Shown: in pieces, positions 21,448 through 31,543 of the stretch | Numbering within the stretch: position 1 is the first letter of the stretch | How the letters are laid out: every line of letters begins with the position of its first letter | From: Amphiscolops sp. MND2022 | Lineage: Eukaryota | DNA length: 64,000 nucleotides | Assembly (NCBI GenBank): GCA_964187785.1 | Contig: OZ076409.1 | Location: forward strand, 99,388,001 to 99,452,000 | Direction: 5' to 3' | The notes under the pieces: generated by a model | Told to the model about the DNA's origin: nothing | The model's input: the letters and a program-made list of their open reading frames with translations, nothing else | The model's database searches: none | Translations under genes and position numbers: made by a program

Positions 21448-24400
21448 TTACTGTAATTCATTATCAATATAAAATTTGACTTTTTTCTGAGGAGGGGGAC
21501 CACGGGTGGGAACTTCCACTGCTTCACAGTCTAAAAATACATTTGGCTGGGTATTGGGTAAGGCTTCTTCGAAATCAGACAACTCTGTTAGGTCAATAAC
21601 GTCTGGTAATTCACTTTCTTCTATTGCATCTTGATTAAGTCCAGGGTCGGGTGTGGAAAATAAAGCTGGTTGGTTGGAGTTTGACTGTATCGGTGACTGA
21701 ATAAAGTCCTCCTCCTCCTCGTCCCCCCAATCGCAATCCGCCCCAATTTCTCTGAATATTACGTCGTCTCGCAAAGAATAATGTCCAAAAGGTAAGGTAT
21801 CAACGCCGTTTGGCATTATATATCTTTTATCGTCAAAACAGCTTAGAGAAATTTTTGTTGTCTGCAAGGTAAACAGATTATGTCTTTCACTATTTATTGT
21901 GTAGTTTAATGTTCTAAGTAGTGTTTCTTTTTCGAGAATTCGATAAAATACAGAGTGTTGTAGGTTCTTTTGTGCATGTTTGGTGGTTCCTTTGGCAGAA
22001 ATTTTTTGTTGATCACCCATCGCGATTGAATACAATTTTGATTTTAGTGCAACAATGCTGTGTATGATTTTACCACCAACTTCGTCTTTGAATTTCAAAG
22101 TTTCCAACTTTTGATGTTTGGAACATAGTTGATTATCTTCTTTATAGTTTGAAAAGTCAAACTCTGGGTGCACTTGTTCGTTTTCTTTGAGGTCAGCGTA
22201 TATGTCTTCCGATTCGATTTCATAAATTAGGGAATCTGTATCGGAGTAGAGCACTAATGTTCGGAAGTTTGGTTTCATGTACATGTAATGAAACCAGTAC
22301 ATATGTCGTTTAGATAAATCCAAGATGGTAGCGCCGACTATCGTTGGCTTGTCCCAGTAAATTTTGCGCTGTGCAAACGTTATGGCAGCCAACTGGTTGT
22401 TGAAAATCTTGAATGTTTTCATCCACATTTTGCTTGTTTGCTTTTGCAACTCATCTTGCGTGCGGACAATCTCAATGGACAATCGTTTTCTTTTACTTTC
22501 CATGGTTTTACCAAAAGCAGAGTTGCTCATTAGTTTGAAAAAGTTTTCTTCAAACTTGTTTGTAGACGCTTTTCGTTTCATTGTGTTTAACTGTATATAT
22601 GGCTGGAGCCATTTTGACTGTTCAAATTGCAACACTCTATGTACTTTGGTAACTTGTAACCCCAGTTCACAGTATAATTTCAATGTCATGTAATGTATAG
22701 TATAATTGGTTTTGTCGTAGAGTGTTTGGATCAACTTTTTGTTTTTTGTTGAAAAGGTCTTTGTTCCACTCATTTCCAGCAATCGTGTTTGATATTCACC
22801 GAGCCAAAAAAAATTAATTGTTTCCTTCGTAGGAGCCAAAGGGAAATCAGTGTGTAAATCGTGCAAATGATCAGGATAATGCAAGTCAACTTCCAATACA
22901 TATCCAACTGGTGAGTCATTTGGAGTATTTAGTATTTCTTGTAGGTCAACTTCGCCTTCTCTTTTCAATACAAAGTTTTTTAAAGGCAAGGGGAACTTTT
23001 CCATGATTCCTCCATACAAGTTGTTTGCATCAATAAACAGCCCAAATGTTTGCTTCTGTGAAGAGTTGTATGTTGGTAGATATTTGTTATTTGCTTCAAA
23101 TTTGCGTTTTGCAAACACGGAAGAAATTCCTCCGCGGATTAGGTTTTCAGCAACTTCAAGGTGTTCTCGATTAGTTAGTAATTCGATATCTGCGTTGCAC
23201 ACTTTAAGGAAGGCTTCACCGGACAAATTTGACGCAGTATAAAAATGAGCACAATCCAGTCCGTAAGTTGCATAACACACTTTTCTAAACTCTTCGAATA
23301 CCGAGGCCAAAATCAAAACATCGGTGTGTAAATATAAATCGTGATAGTGACCTAGTGTTTTGCAATCAAACTCTTGGTATACAAGACTAGCATGTTGTAA
23401 ATCCTGATCACTAATTGTGACTTCACCCCCTGCGAGAGTGTTTTTCCAAAACTCTTTTGGGGGAAGCTTTTCCTCGGCAAATTTATCGAAACTGTCCATG
23501 TATGAATAGGGATAAACACCTTTCCTTTTCAGCAAGTCAATTTGCGACGGTGTTTTGTATGTATTGAATTGACTCTCCAGATAAATGAATTTATCCTGTG
23601 GTAAGAAACCCGCCAGTTTATCTAGTGACTGGGGCATGAACTTGAAAGAGTCCAAGAATCGCATGTCTTCATATACATTTTTTGTCATTCCATTCTTGTC
23701 AGTATATGAGTTTACCCACACAGAAAATGTGAAGGAAATGTACTTTTCGTCAGTTGTAGGAATAACTGAAAACTTGTTCTTTGGATTACAATTGTTGATT
23801 GCCGAACAAATGTGGTGTATATCATATCCAGCCATGTTGTGTGCTATCACGGGGGTGAAGTTTATTGACTTCCTTTGTAGATTACATTCTGAATGTGCCC
23901 ACCCTAGGAATGTACCACTGTAATGACAATGGTCCAACACTTTCTGCTCGTCATTCGTGAAAGGTTTTTTACAAATCCAACAATCATTTACAGTGTCTTT
24001 GTGCGTTGAAGGCTTGCCCTTGTAAATTCGGTGACTTTGTTTTCTATGATAAATGTCTGTTGCCAATTTTTCCAATTCTTTTATTAAATCGTCCAAGCAA
24101 TCGGGACCTCGCATGATTCTGTAAGACAAAACTTTATCATTTCCATGTTCTACAATTACAAAAGCATAACCACAAGGCACATGTTTTTCCAACTTTACTT
24201 GACTGCTAATACTGGGTGAAGGAGCGCATGTAGATAAAGGCACTAGGAGCGCTTCAGTATCAAGGTAAATAACCAGTGGAACAAACCAAACTGCTCTTGT
24301 ATTTTTGAATTGATGTATGTTTTTATGCTCATCGGGTAATATGATCGCCGCGGCCTCGTTTTCGTAACAGTTGAGCTTGTGTCTTTCGAAACTCCCGATT

Positions 24401-25617
24401 GAATTACAAATATGAAAACAGTTTCTGCAAATTTCATCCCTCGATCTACTTTGTTTATTTTTCAAAAAGTTTACAAAATGTTTCAAATCAGTAATCAGTA
24501 CGTAGTGATGAGAACCTCCTTCTGACAACAATAAAAGATCCATGATAAAGTCACTGGGGAATTTAGAGACTCTGAGAGGTAACAAATCTTTCTTCTCCAA
24601 TATAAACACATTGACTTGGACTTTGTTGAGTTTTTCGAATCGTTCAAGTTCATGAAACGGCATTGGCATCCGAAAGTTGCCTGCATGCTTTTTTGCCAGA
24701 GGATTATATGTAGGATTATAAGTGCCTGGGTTTGTTTTGCAGCGCCACGAACTTGTTTCAACCAATGGTATGTCTGTGTGCAAGTGGTAAGCGGCCGTAT
24801 AACAATATATAAAGCAATTCTCATCTTCAATGTTCCGAATATTGAGTAGTGACCTACAACCTTGAAGTTTATTTGGAAGTGCGATGTAAGAGCTACCCCG
24901 AATGGGAGAATAGGATGTAAATTTAACAAAAAGGTTTTTAATTTCGGACAAAATCCACCCACTTCCTTGGGATGCAAAAGTAAATAAAGCTGAAGTAAGT
25001 TGTTCTATTAATTGATAATAGTCGTTGTCTGTGATCCCATAAAAGTAAACTGGTTGCAACTTTGTGTTGGTATAAATTGTGATTGTCTCTTGAGAGTCAT
25101 CATCAACTTTCGGTTTAACTAACTTCAATTCAGTTGTTAATTGAAATTTCTTGGGTCCATTGCGACATTTTTCTCTAATAAGGTTTTGTATTTGATTTTT
25201 TTCCTTACAAAGTAGTTCGAATAAATCAATTGATGTGATCCTTCGCTTGAGTTGATACGTTTCCAATGATCCCCAAAAGGCTTTTTCCACCTGTTGATAA
25301 CCGGTCATTCTTTCGATGTTGTCATTTTCGCGGGGTGTAAATATTGTTGGTAAACCATAATCATGCTCAAGATGATACGAGTATTTCATAGCTTCACCGT
25401 AAACTATGTTGCAATAAAGGCAATGATTTACTATTATATGTCCATGTTTTTGTAAAAAATGTTGTTTCATCGTAACCAGAGAAGTGTTTTGAAAATCACA
25501 ATCGGAGCAAGCAAAAGGTTGAACTTTGGGTTGTGTGTTGTGTATATTTTGCTTGTGCCGACGCAAATTTCTCAAAGAACTATATGTTTTTAGACAAAGA
25601 TCACACTCCACACCCAT
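21448..25617 (-). CDS. Protein-primed family B DNA polymerase (pPolB) with N-terminal C2H2 fingers, OTU-like protease motifs and endonuclease VII-like insert
   Basis: Exonuclease motifs YLDTE and AHNMAGYD. Polymerase motifs DANNLYG, KLMSNSAFGK and YSDTDS. Endo VII-like DHCH...AHSECN. First ATG is at 25617 (MGVECDLC). Confidence 0.95.
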   Translation of the reverse strand: MGVECDLCLKTYSSLRNLRRHKQNIHNTQPKVQPFACSDCDFQNTSLVTMKQHFLQKHGHIIVNHCLYCNIVYGEAMKYSYHLEHDYGLPTIFTPRENDNIERMTGYQQVEKAFWGSLETYQLKRRITSIDLFELLCKEKNQIQNLIREKCRNGPKKFQLTTELKLVKPKVDDDSQETITIYTNTKLQPVYFYGITDNDYYQLIEQLTSALFTFASQGSGWILSEIKNLFVKFTSYSPIRGSSYIALPNKLQGCRSLLNIRNIEDENCFIYCYTAAYHLHTDIPLVETSSWRCKTNPGTYNPTYNPLAKKHAGNFRMPMPFHELERFEKLNKVQVNVFILEKKDLLPLRVSKFPSDFIMDLLLLSEGGSHHYVLITDLKHFVNFLKNKQSRSRDEICRNCFHICNSIGSFERHKLNCYENEAAAIILPDEHKNIHQFKNTRAVWFVPLVIYLDTEALLVPLSTCAPSPSISSQVKLEKHVPCGYAFVIVEHGNDKVLSYRIMRGPDCLDDLIKELEKLATDIYHRKQSHRIYKGKPSTHKDTVNDCWICKKPFTNDEQKVLDHCHYSGTFLGWAHSECNLQRKSINFTPVIAHNMAGYDIHHICSAINNCNPKNKFSVIPTTDEKYISFTFSVWVNSYTDKNGMTKNVYEDMRFLDSFKFMPQSLDKLAGFLPQDKFIYLESQFNTYKTPSQIDLLKRKGVYPYSYMDSFDKFAEEKLPPKEFWKNTLAGGEVTISDQDLQHASLVYQEFDCKTLGHYHDLYLHTDVLILASVFEEFRKVCYATYGLDCAHFYTASNLSGEAFLKVCNADIELLTNREHLEVAENLIRGGISSVFAKRKFEANNKYLPTYNSSQKQTFGLFIDANNLYGGIMEKFPLPLKNFVLKREGEVDLQEILNTPNDSPVGYVLEVDLHYPDHLHDLHTDFPLAPTKETINFFWLGEYQTRLLEMSGTKTFSTKNKKLIQTLYDKTNYTIHYMTLKLYCELGLQVTKVHRVLQFEQSKWLQPYIQLNTMKRKASTNKFEENFFKLMSNSAFGKTMESKRKRLSIEIVRTQDELQKQTSKMWMKTFKIFNNQLAAITFAQRKIYWDKPTIVGATILDLSKRHMYWFHYMYMKPNFRTLVLYSDTDSLIYEIESEDIYADLKENEQVHPEFDFSNYKEDNQLCSKHQKLETLKFKDEVGGKIIHSIVALKSKLYSIAMGDQQKISAKGTTKHAQKNLQHSVFYRILEKETLLRTLNYTINSERHNLFTLQTTKISLSCFDDKRYIMPNGVDTLPFGHYSLRDDVIFREIGADCDWGDEEEEDFIQSPIQSNSNQPALFSTPDPGLNQDAIEESELPDVIDLTELSDFEEALPNTQPNVFLDCEAVEVPTRGPPPQKKVKFYIDNELQ

Positions 25618-25689
25618 TTTGGAAAGTCGAGTGTTCCTCAATGTTGAGATTGAGAAAATGTTTTTGCACTTCGCTCCGATCAATTAAGG

Positions 25690-25931
25690 AGGTGATTACC
25701 ATTTATGGTATCCCGAGCGACTGAATTCTTTGAATTCTGATTCGATCACTATTTATGGTATCCCAGGTGCCATTTTTACCAAGAAAATTGTTTGCATGTT
25801 CGACTTTTAACAAGGCGATAACCAATTATGGTATCCCGAGAGACTGGATTTCTTTAAATTTTGATTCGACCACCTTTTACGGTATTCCAGGCGCCATGTT
25901 TTTTCCAGGAAAATTGTATGCATGTTCGACT
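25690..25931. repeat. Two ~123-bp tandem units upstream of pPolB, each with two TTATGGTATCCC-like motifs
   Basis: ttatggtatccc at 25703, 25753 and 25826, with variant ttacggtattcc near 25877. Confidence 0.85.
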
Positions 25932-26476
25932 AACTTTTTTTTGTTTCCGTATATTGACTGCTGGGCATTATAGGGGGGAGGAACGGGAATTTTTTTCATT
26001 TTTGCAAAAAGGTCAAATTTTCCATGCACCCCCCTTTTTCGAATTTCATTTTTTCAAAATCGTCTTGCGCACCTACCTGCAAATTTTCAGACCGATCCGA
26101 CCAACAGTTTTTGAGAAAATTGACATTTTTTGTTAAAAAATGGCATTTTAAAAAATGCATTTTTTGGTCAAAATCTCAACACTCGGTAAAGCTAGCGCCC
26201 TGCGGTTTTCACCAGCGTTTTCAGCGTCCTCTTTTCTAGTTGTGTGCCAAATTTTGGCTCCGAAACTTTTTTCAATGTTGAGAAATGTTTGTTTTTTTGA
26301 CCAAAAATGATCAAAAATTGAGTTTAAAAAATGTTCAAAATCTCGTAAACTACGCGACTTTTGGAATTTACTCCTGTGGAAAAGTCTTGTAAATTTTTCG
26401 CAAACTCAACTCTCAAAAACGATTTCCTAGGCTACTTTAAACAGAACTCTACATAAAATGTCTTCAAATTTCGATG

Positions 26477-26550
26477 TGGTTAGTAAGCTTTTGACAGTAT
26501 TTGGTTAGATTGGTTAGTAAGCTTTTGACAGTATTTGTTAGATTGGTTAG
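26477..26550. repeat. 33-34-bp tandem repeat (2.2 copies)
   Basis: tggttagtaagcttttgacagtattt(g)gttagat, repeated. Confidence 0.9.
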
Positions 26551-27146
26551 AATCGCTTCAAAAGTTTCTTTTCCTGCTGTTTTGCCTTCTTCACTGGTGG
26601 TGGCTCCAACGCTGCAGTTCGAGTGCTATCAGGCGTCACAATTTGAGGACTCACTGTTAGATCATCACCATCTTTCGTCTCTTCGTCTTCTGTTGTGCAG
26701 ACCAGAACTTCTGGGGAGACTTGTGGTGATGGAGATGCAGGATCATGTTCAACTCCCCAAAAATCTTCAAGTGAATCAACCTCCCTGAAGAAACCCATTT
26801 GATTCTCCGTTAATGGAACCATTGCGCAGTCGTCTCTACACAGGATGCGTTTGATTTGTATAGGTAGCATTGGTAGGTCACAACGATGAAGACTTTCTAT
26901 ATCCCAGTTAGACGCTGCTTCACAGTCCACAGAGTCAATCTTTCTCTTTCTTTCCAGAATCGTCTTTTCAGTCGGTTGTTTGCTCAACTTGTGATAGACC
27001 ATGTTTGGTAACAGAATATGATGCTTTGTTTCCCACCGGTCATTTTCGTCAGACCTCATCTGTTCAATTATTGAGAGCGCTTTTTGAAATTGTGTTTCAT
27101 AAATGATGAAGCGTTTGCTTGTAAAATGTGTAAAGACAGTAGCCAT
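26547..27146 (-). CDS. Polinton hypothetical protein (199 aa)
   Basis: ATG-initiated open ORF inside the TIRs with an acidic stretch and a PPPVKKAK NLS-like tail; no family recognised. Confidence 0.6.
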   Translation of the reverse strand: MATVFTHFTSKRFIIYETQFQKALSIIEQMRSDENDRWETKHHILLPNMVYHKLSKQPTEKTILERKRKIDSVDCEAASNWDIESLHRCDLPMLPIQIKRILCRDDCAMVPLTENQMGFFREVDSLEDFWGVEHDPASPSPQVSPEVLVCTTEDEETKDGDDLTVSPQIVTPDSTRTAALEPPPVKKAKQQEKKLLKRF

Positions 27147-27563
27147 AGTTGAATCGTCGACTTGGACAAGACCAACTGTTTGAGCGGTAGCGAATTTATC
27201 GAATAACGGCTTGAGTTTTGAACGCTAGTGAATCTACAGTTTTTTTTTGTTTCTCACGGTGGTCCGATTTCCACATGGTAACAATGTGTTTTGAATTATT
27301 ACATCGAGTCTATTTTGATTTTTCAGATGTTTTGAATTTTAACACCAGTGTCGTGGCCTGGGCGTTTGCTGTCTACTTGAAAGATCAACGTGGGTGGTAA
27401 TGATCTTGATTTATCAGTCGGCGGTGCAAGCGTTTGTTGTTTACATGAAAGATTAAAGCAGGGTGGCCAAACCTTGAACCATAAAAGCCCGCCCACCTCA
27501 GACATTGACCTTGCAATATTTACCAGGTTCTTCATACTTTTGATTTTGTTTCCAACATTCAGA

Positions 27564-27959
27564 ATGTTCTCTGGTGATTTTACTCTTGCTAAGGACGAGG
27601 ATTTTGGAGACTATTACTGTGACTTATCAGAAAAATCCAACAGAATATTGCGAGCAACGGTGAAAACATACGAGCATACAGGAACCTACGTGTTTCTAAA
27701 ACTCTTCAAAAAGAAGCCAGACGCTGAATTTGCTCTGGTTCAAAAAATCACGTTGACAAAAGAAGAGTTTGAAATTCTACTGTGGAAAGGAAAATCAGTT
27801 CTACAACCGTCGAATATCAAAAAAGTTACAAAAAAGTGCAAAAAAATTAAGAAACCCTCATTTGTTGATTCTGTGGCGGAGGAGGATGACGGGGACAACG
27901 TAGACGAAGAAAACAAGGAGAATATTGATCCTAGAAAGTATGGTGGAAGCAATGTTTGA
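27564..27959 (+). CDS. Probable PC4-like ssDNA-binding protein
   Basis: RATVKTYEHTGTYVFLKLFKK...KITLTKEEFEIL follows the PC4-fold pattern (V.V..F.G..YV.IR...KGI.L..E.W..L) and has an acidic tail. Judged by eye. Confidence 0.55.
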   Translation: MFSGDFTLAKDEDFGDYYCDLSEKSNRILRATVKTYEHTGTYVFLKLFKKKPDAEFALVQKITLTKEEFEILLWKGKSVLQPSNIKKVTKKCKKIKKPSFVDSVAEEDDGDNVDEENKENIDPRKYGGSNV

Positions 27960-28530
27960 GCGTTCTCCCGATTACTTTAAGCAATTTAGAAAAAACTTTC
28001 GCTTCTTTTTATTCAAGGAAAAACCCAAAGCTGGCGTGGACTTCCCATTAGATGTTGTTATTTCCATTGGCTTACACTCACCTGTGCATGATGGGCTTTG
28101 TAACGCTTTGCCAGACAATCACTATCATGTTTTGGCCCAGTGTTTTGGTGAAAATTATAAAGGGCAACCCAAAAGTTATTTATTACCATGTTTATATTCA
28201 ACCTACGCCTTACTAATTGCAAACAGTGATGAAAAGGAAATATGTGGTGAAATTTTTGAAAAATTGGATCAAGCCGTTCAATACAATTGTGACCCTCCTA
28301 ATCGAAACCCAAAGAAACTCTTGCCATCAATCTGTTTTTCTGTTCAAAAATGTGACAAGGCTGTGCAAGTCAGCTCTGGGTTGAGTCAAGGAACAATACA
28401 ACGCTTGGAAAATGTTATGCTTGGACCGTATGGTGGTCATTTCCTACTCATTGCTGATATTTTTCAAACTGGTCACGGATCACTTAATTTTGTGCCTGTA
28501 CTAACCTTTTCTCTGAATGAAATTGTTTGA
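27952..28530 (+). CDS. Polinton protein with HUH-like motif (HYHV)
   Basis: Start overlaps the previous stop (ATGTTTGA). Contains FRFFLFKEKP...ISIGLH...NHYHVL...LYSTY; function inferred only. Confidence 0.6.
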   Translation: MFERSPDYFKQFRKNFRFFLFKEKPKAGVDFPLDVVISIGLHSPVHDGLCNALPDNHYHVLAQCFGENYKGQPKSYLLPCLYSTYALLIANSDEKEICGEIFEKLDQAVQYNCDPPNRNPKKLLPSICFSVQKCDKAVQVSSGLSQGTIQRLENVMLGPYGGHFLLIADIFQTGHGSLNFVPVLTFSLNEIV

Positions 28531-28555
28531 GAATAAAAATGTTTGAAATTAAACA

Positions 28556-28999
28556 TTAAATTACATGAGTTTTTACAAAGCGAAGCAAATCAGTTTCAGA
28601 AATGTAAGAAATCAATGGATAATACGAACTTAACAAAAAATGAGCAATATAAATACAATACAAACCACACAAGTTTGAATTTTGATTTTGTAACGGCGTC
28701 TTTGTGGCATCTTTTAATATCTGCTGAACTTGGATTGGGATCGCGGAGATTCTTTTAGCAATATTAGGATAATGTAAAAATAGGTCTAGTCCAAGGGGAT
28801 CTGCAAAGTTGAAAGTACCTTTCACGTTGCTCCAAACAATCCAATGTTTCCCAGCGCTGTTTGAGTTTTCTGAATTGACAATTACAAAAGTGTTGTTGGG
28901 TAATAGGATAGGAAACTTGTCTGCGGGATAAATTCCTCCAAACTTGTATTTCAATCTTGGGCTGTTTTTTATTAGGTGGGCAATGTAATCTTCATCCAT
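28556..28999 (-). CDS. Adenain-like cysteine maturation protease
   Basis: FGGIYPAD, IVNS...GKHW, FADPLG and LQ...CGLYC supply the His/Asp/Gln/Cys catalytic set. Confidence 0.92.
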   Translation of the reverse strand: MDEDYIAHLIKNSPRLKYKFGGIYPADKFPILLPNNTFVIVNSENSNSAGKHWIVWSNVKGTFNFADPLGLDLFLHYPNIAKRISAIPIQVQQILKDATKTPLQNQNSNLCGLYCIYIAHFLLSSYYPLISYISETDLLRFVKTHVI

Positions 29000-29002
29000 T
29001 TT

Positions 29003-30313
29003 TCAAGTGGTAGGGTTTAACATGACGTTTTTGGAGACTTTTCTATGAGAGTCAATGTAAATTGTTGATGCTTTTTCGCCCAACAGAAACACCTCAGTGT
29101 TCACTGCCAGCGCTGCTGAAAACTTCAACTCGAGCGAAATGGCTGCGTTAGTGAGCTCAGGATAAAGAAAATCATGAGATGCTTGTTGGGTGCTAGTCAG
29201 GTCAAACACCATTACAAAATGATTAGCATAGTCGGCGAAAGGAATTCCATGTCCATGATGACCAAAGGCGAGAGCATCCATTGTTGACATGTAAACTCGT
29301 TTTAGATCATCTGTTGCCAAAGGAGTTCCTGCAACAGGGTATCCATTCCGGTAAACAGTAACTTCGTTTAGGTTATGTTTTTGGTAATGAAATGGATTTG
29401 TGTCTTTTGAACCAAGAAAAGACGCATTACTGACGAGCGCCAAAGCGAATCGTCGAATTGGTTCTCGACTGAAAACGTCTTCCTTACTCCAACTGCGACT
29501 ACCTGTCGGAATGAGAAAAGTTTTGGGTAGAACCTCTGTGTACCGATACAGAGCTGGAGTTTTTGTCAGAGTTTTCTCTATGGCTATAAAAACCTGCTCA
29601 GAAACTGTCATTTTCCGGACGTAAAGATTGGCTTGGGTAATGGTAATTTTGTAATTTTTTGCAACGTCATCATGAATCAAAACAAACTCTGGTTTCGAAC
29701 GGACAAAAGAAATTCGCAAAGTCACTCCACTCAGTAAATGTTTATCACAAGAAAATACATCAGCTGCAACTTTTCAGCTGCAAAATGTTAATTCTCCAGA
29801 CTGTCTCGACTCCAATTCTCTGTTTGTAAATGGAGTTGTTGTACTGTTCCCAGGATGCTGCTCATATGTATATCCTTGGCAACGTAACCATGTTTCTTTG
29901 GCTTCCTTGCCATTCGAATATTCGGTTTCAATAAAGGCCTTGTGTGCGTAAACACCGTTTGCATTGGAAATTTTTATTCCATTAGCAGTAACAGTGCATT
30001 CGGAGAATAGAGAGTGTAATGTATTATTCACAAAAATAGGAGTGTCTGTTTGTGTTGCATCCGTTGCATCATATCGTAAGTCATTTCCATCGCTTTGTTT
30101 AATTTTGCATTTTATCTCGAGAAAAATTTTTTGTAGGTCCAAAAAATTATTTCGGTCTCCTACAACTTCAAATTCCAATGTTGGTCCATTGGGGGAGTAA
30201 ATCGGGCCAATCTTTTGTTCAAAGGAAGAGTCAAATGTAATCAAAACAGGTGATCGCTCAAAAATGTCGAGGGAACTATGTGAAGCTTCGAGTGGTAAAA
30301 TATTAGGCAACAT
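29003..30313 (-). pseudogene. Double jelly-roll major capsid protein (hexon-like) with one in-frame TGA at 29774-29776
   Basis: Track ORFs 29774..30412 and 29003..29725 share a frame and are bridged by FCS*KVAADVFSCDKHLLSGVTLRI. Maverick MCP-like motifs SSLDIF, NNTLHSLFS, NPFHYQ, VFDLT. Confidence 0.9.
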
Positions 30314-30677
30314 TTTTGACTTTTGAAAAGAAATCAGACCGACTTCTCTGTTTGCGTTTTGATTTCGTAATGGTTTTTCGTTTCTTTGAAGAACGTTTGC
30401 TTTTTCCACCAATCTGCTTCTTTATCGTCTTTTTCATAGCTGTTTTAGCAGCCTCACGTGGCGATTTTCGCTTTGCAATAACATCAAAGACCTCAGGGAC
30501 ACTTTGAACGAGCAATTCTTTGCCAATTTTTTTTGCAGCAGGTAAAATAAAATTTTTTGCAAAGGGTAAAGCCACTCGGCCAATACCGGCTGCCAGTGCA
30601 CCAATTCCACTACCTTGTTGTCTGTTGTAACTGGCGAAATGGGGTAAATACACTTGCTTTGAGTAATAGTCTTCCAT
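30303..30677 (-). CDS. Small basic virion core / membrane-active protein
   Basis: YYSKQ...QQGSGIG followed by an amphipathic helix and a Lys/Arg-rich tail. This is the usual small gene between minor and major capsid genes in Mavericks. Confidence 0.75.
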   Translation of the reverse strand: MEDYYSKQVYLPHFASYNRQQGSGIGALAAGIGRVALPFAKNFILPAAKKIGKELLVQSVPEVFDVIAKRKSPREAAKTAMKKTIKKQIGGKSKRSSKKRKTITKSKRKQRSRSDFFSKVKNVA

Positions 30678-31543
30678 TAGGCGAATTTTTTAAATTTTAG
30701 GGTCAAAACAACTTGACCTTTACCACAAAAGGGTACCAGGATCCCAGTCTCTGTTCTGAGTTGAATGTTTATTGTTTGAATATTTTGAACCAACAGTTTC
30801 TTGTATTGTAAATCAAAAAATGATCTTGTTTCCAAATTCTGGGTTGTCACGACCTTGCCACTTTCAACACGTTTCCCACTATCAATGATTCTCAAAACGG
30901 GTGCTTTTACGTCGCCCGTGTTTTGATATTCAATCAAATCAGTGTAAACAAGAATTAGACTAATGCCAGAAATCAAATCCACCGGAAAGTCATTCACAAC
31001 CCATCTACTGTTCAGGATGTCTTCGTTTCCTATATGAATACCAAAAGCAGTCTCTTTTCCCTTGAATCCAAGTAGGTTGGGAATGTTTCTGTTAGGAAAA
31101 GTGTAGCCAGCATATGCATCAAATTTATTTTCTAGGCCATTTTCGGTGGATCTATGTTTACCGTCTTCCGTGAGTAAATTTACTTTTGAACGCATTTCAA
31201 AAAGTAGGTTGTTGATATGACTGTACATCGAAGGTCTTATCTTTAGTTTTTGATAATATGGAACAACTGGTTCAGAGTCAATTTCAATTTCCTCTGCTTT
31301 TTCTTCATCAATTTCGTCAAGGTTTTCTTCATCTTTTTTCTTTTTGGTAGTGTGAACGTAATAAAAAAAGTCTGTGTAAACGTTATTAATTTCCGAGGGA
31401 AAAATAATTTCTGATAGAGCCACACGCCAGTCGCCTTCCAGGGAAATATTTTGTGGGAGTTGATTTTTGAATGCTGCCAATGTATTGTCACCAAAAATTT
31501 CTAATGACGCTGTGGATAATAAATGAACTTCAAATTCGTCCAT
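30677..31543 (-). CDS. Minor capsid protein (penton-like)
   Basis: F.V.L.S.AS...F.DNT...F...LP....L.G.W.VAL.EI..P N-terminus and VYTDLIE...GD...PVLR...I.I.L C-terminus, typical of Maverick pentons. Confidence 0.88.
   Translation of the reverse strand: MDEFEVHLLSTASLEIFGDNTLAAFKNQLPQNISLEGDWRVALSEIIFPSEINNVYTDFFYYVHTTKKKKDEENLDEIDEEKAEEIEIDSEPVVPYYQKLKIRPSMYSHINNLLFEMRSKVNLLTEDGKHRSTENGLENKFDAYAGYTFPNRNIPNLLGFKGKETAFGIHIGNEDILNSRWVVNDFPVDLISGISLILVYTDLIEYQNTGDVKAPVLRIIDSGKRVESGKVVTTQNLETRSFFDLQYKKLLVQNIQTINIQLRTETGILVPFCGKGQVVLTLKFKKFA

Noticed and set aside
22364..24977. Short antisense and alternate-frame ORFs within pPolB (and similar ones within LINE ORF2 and the capsid genes)
   Set aside because: Shadow ORFs of long coding sequences with no independent motifs.
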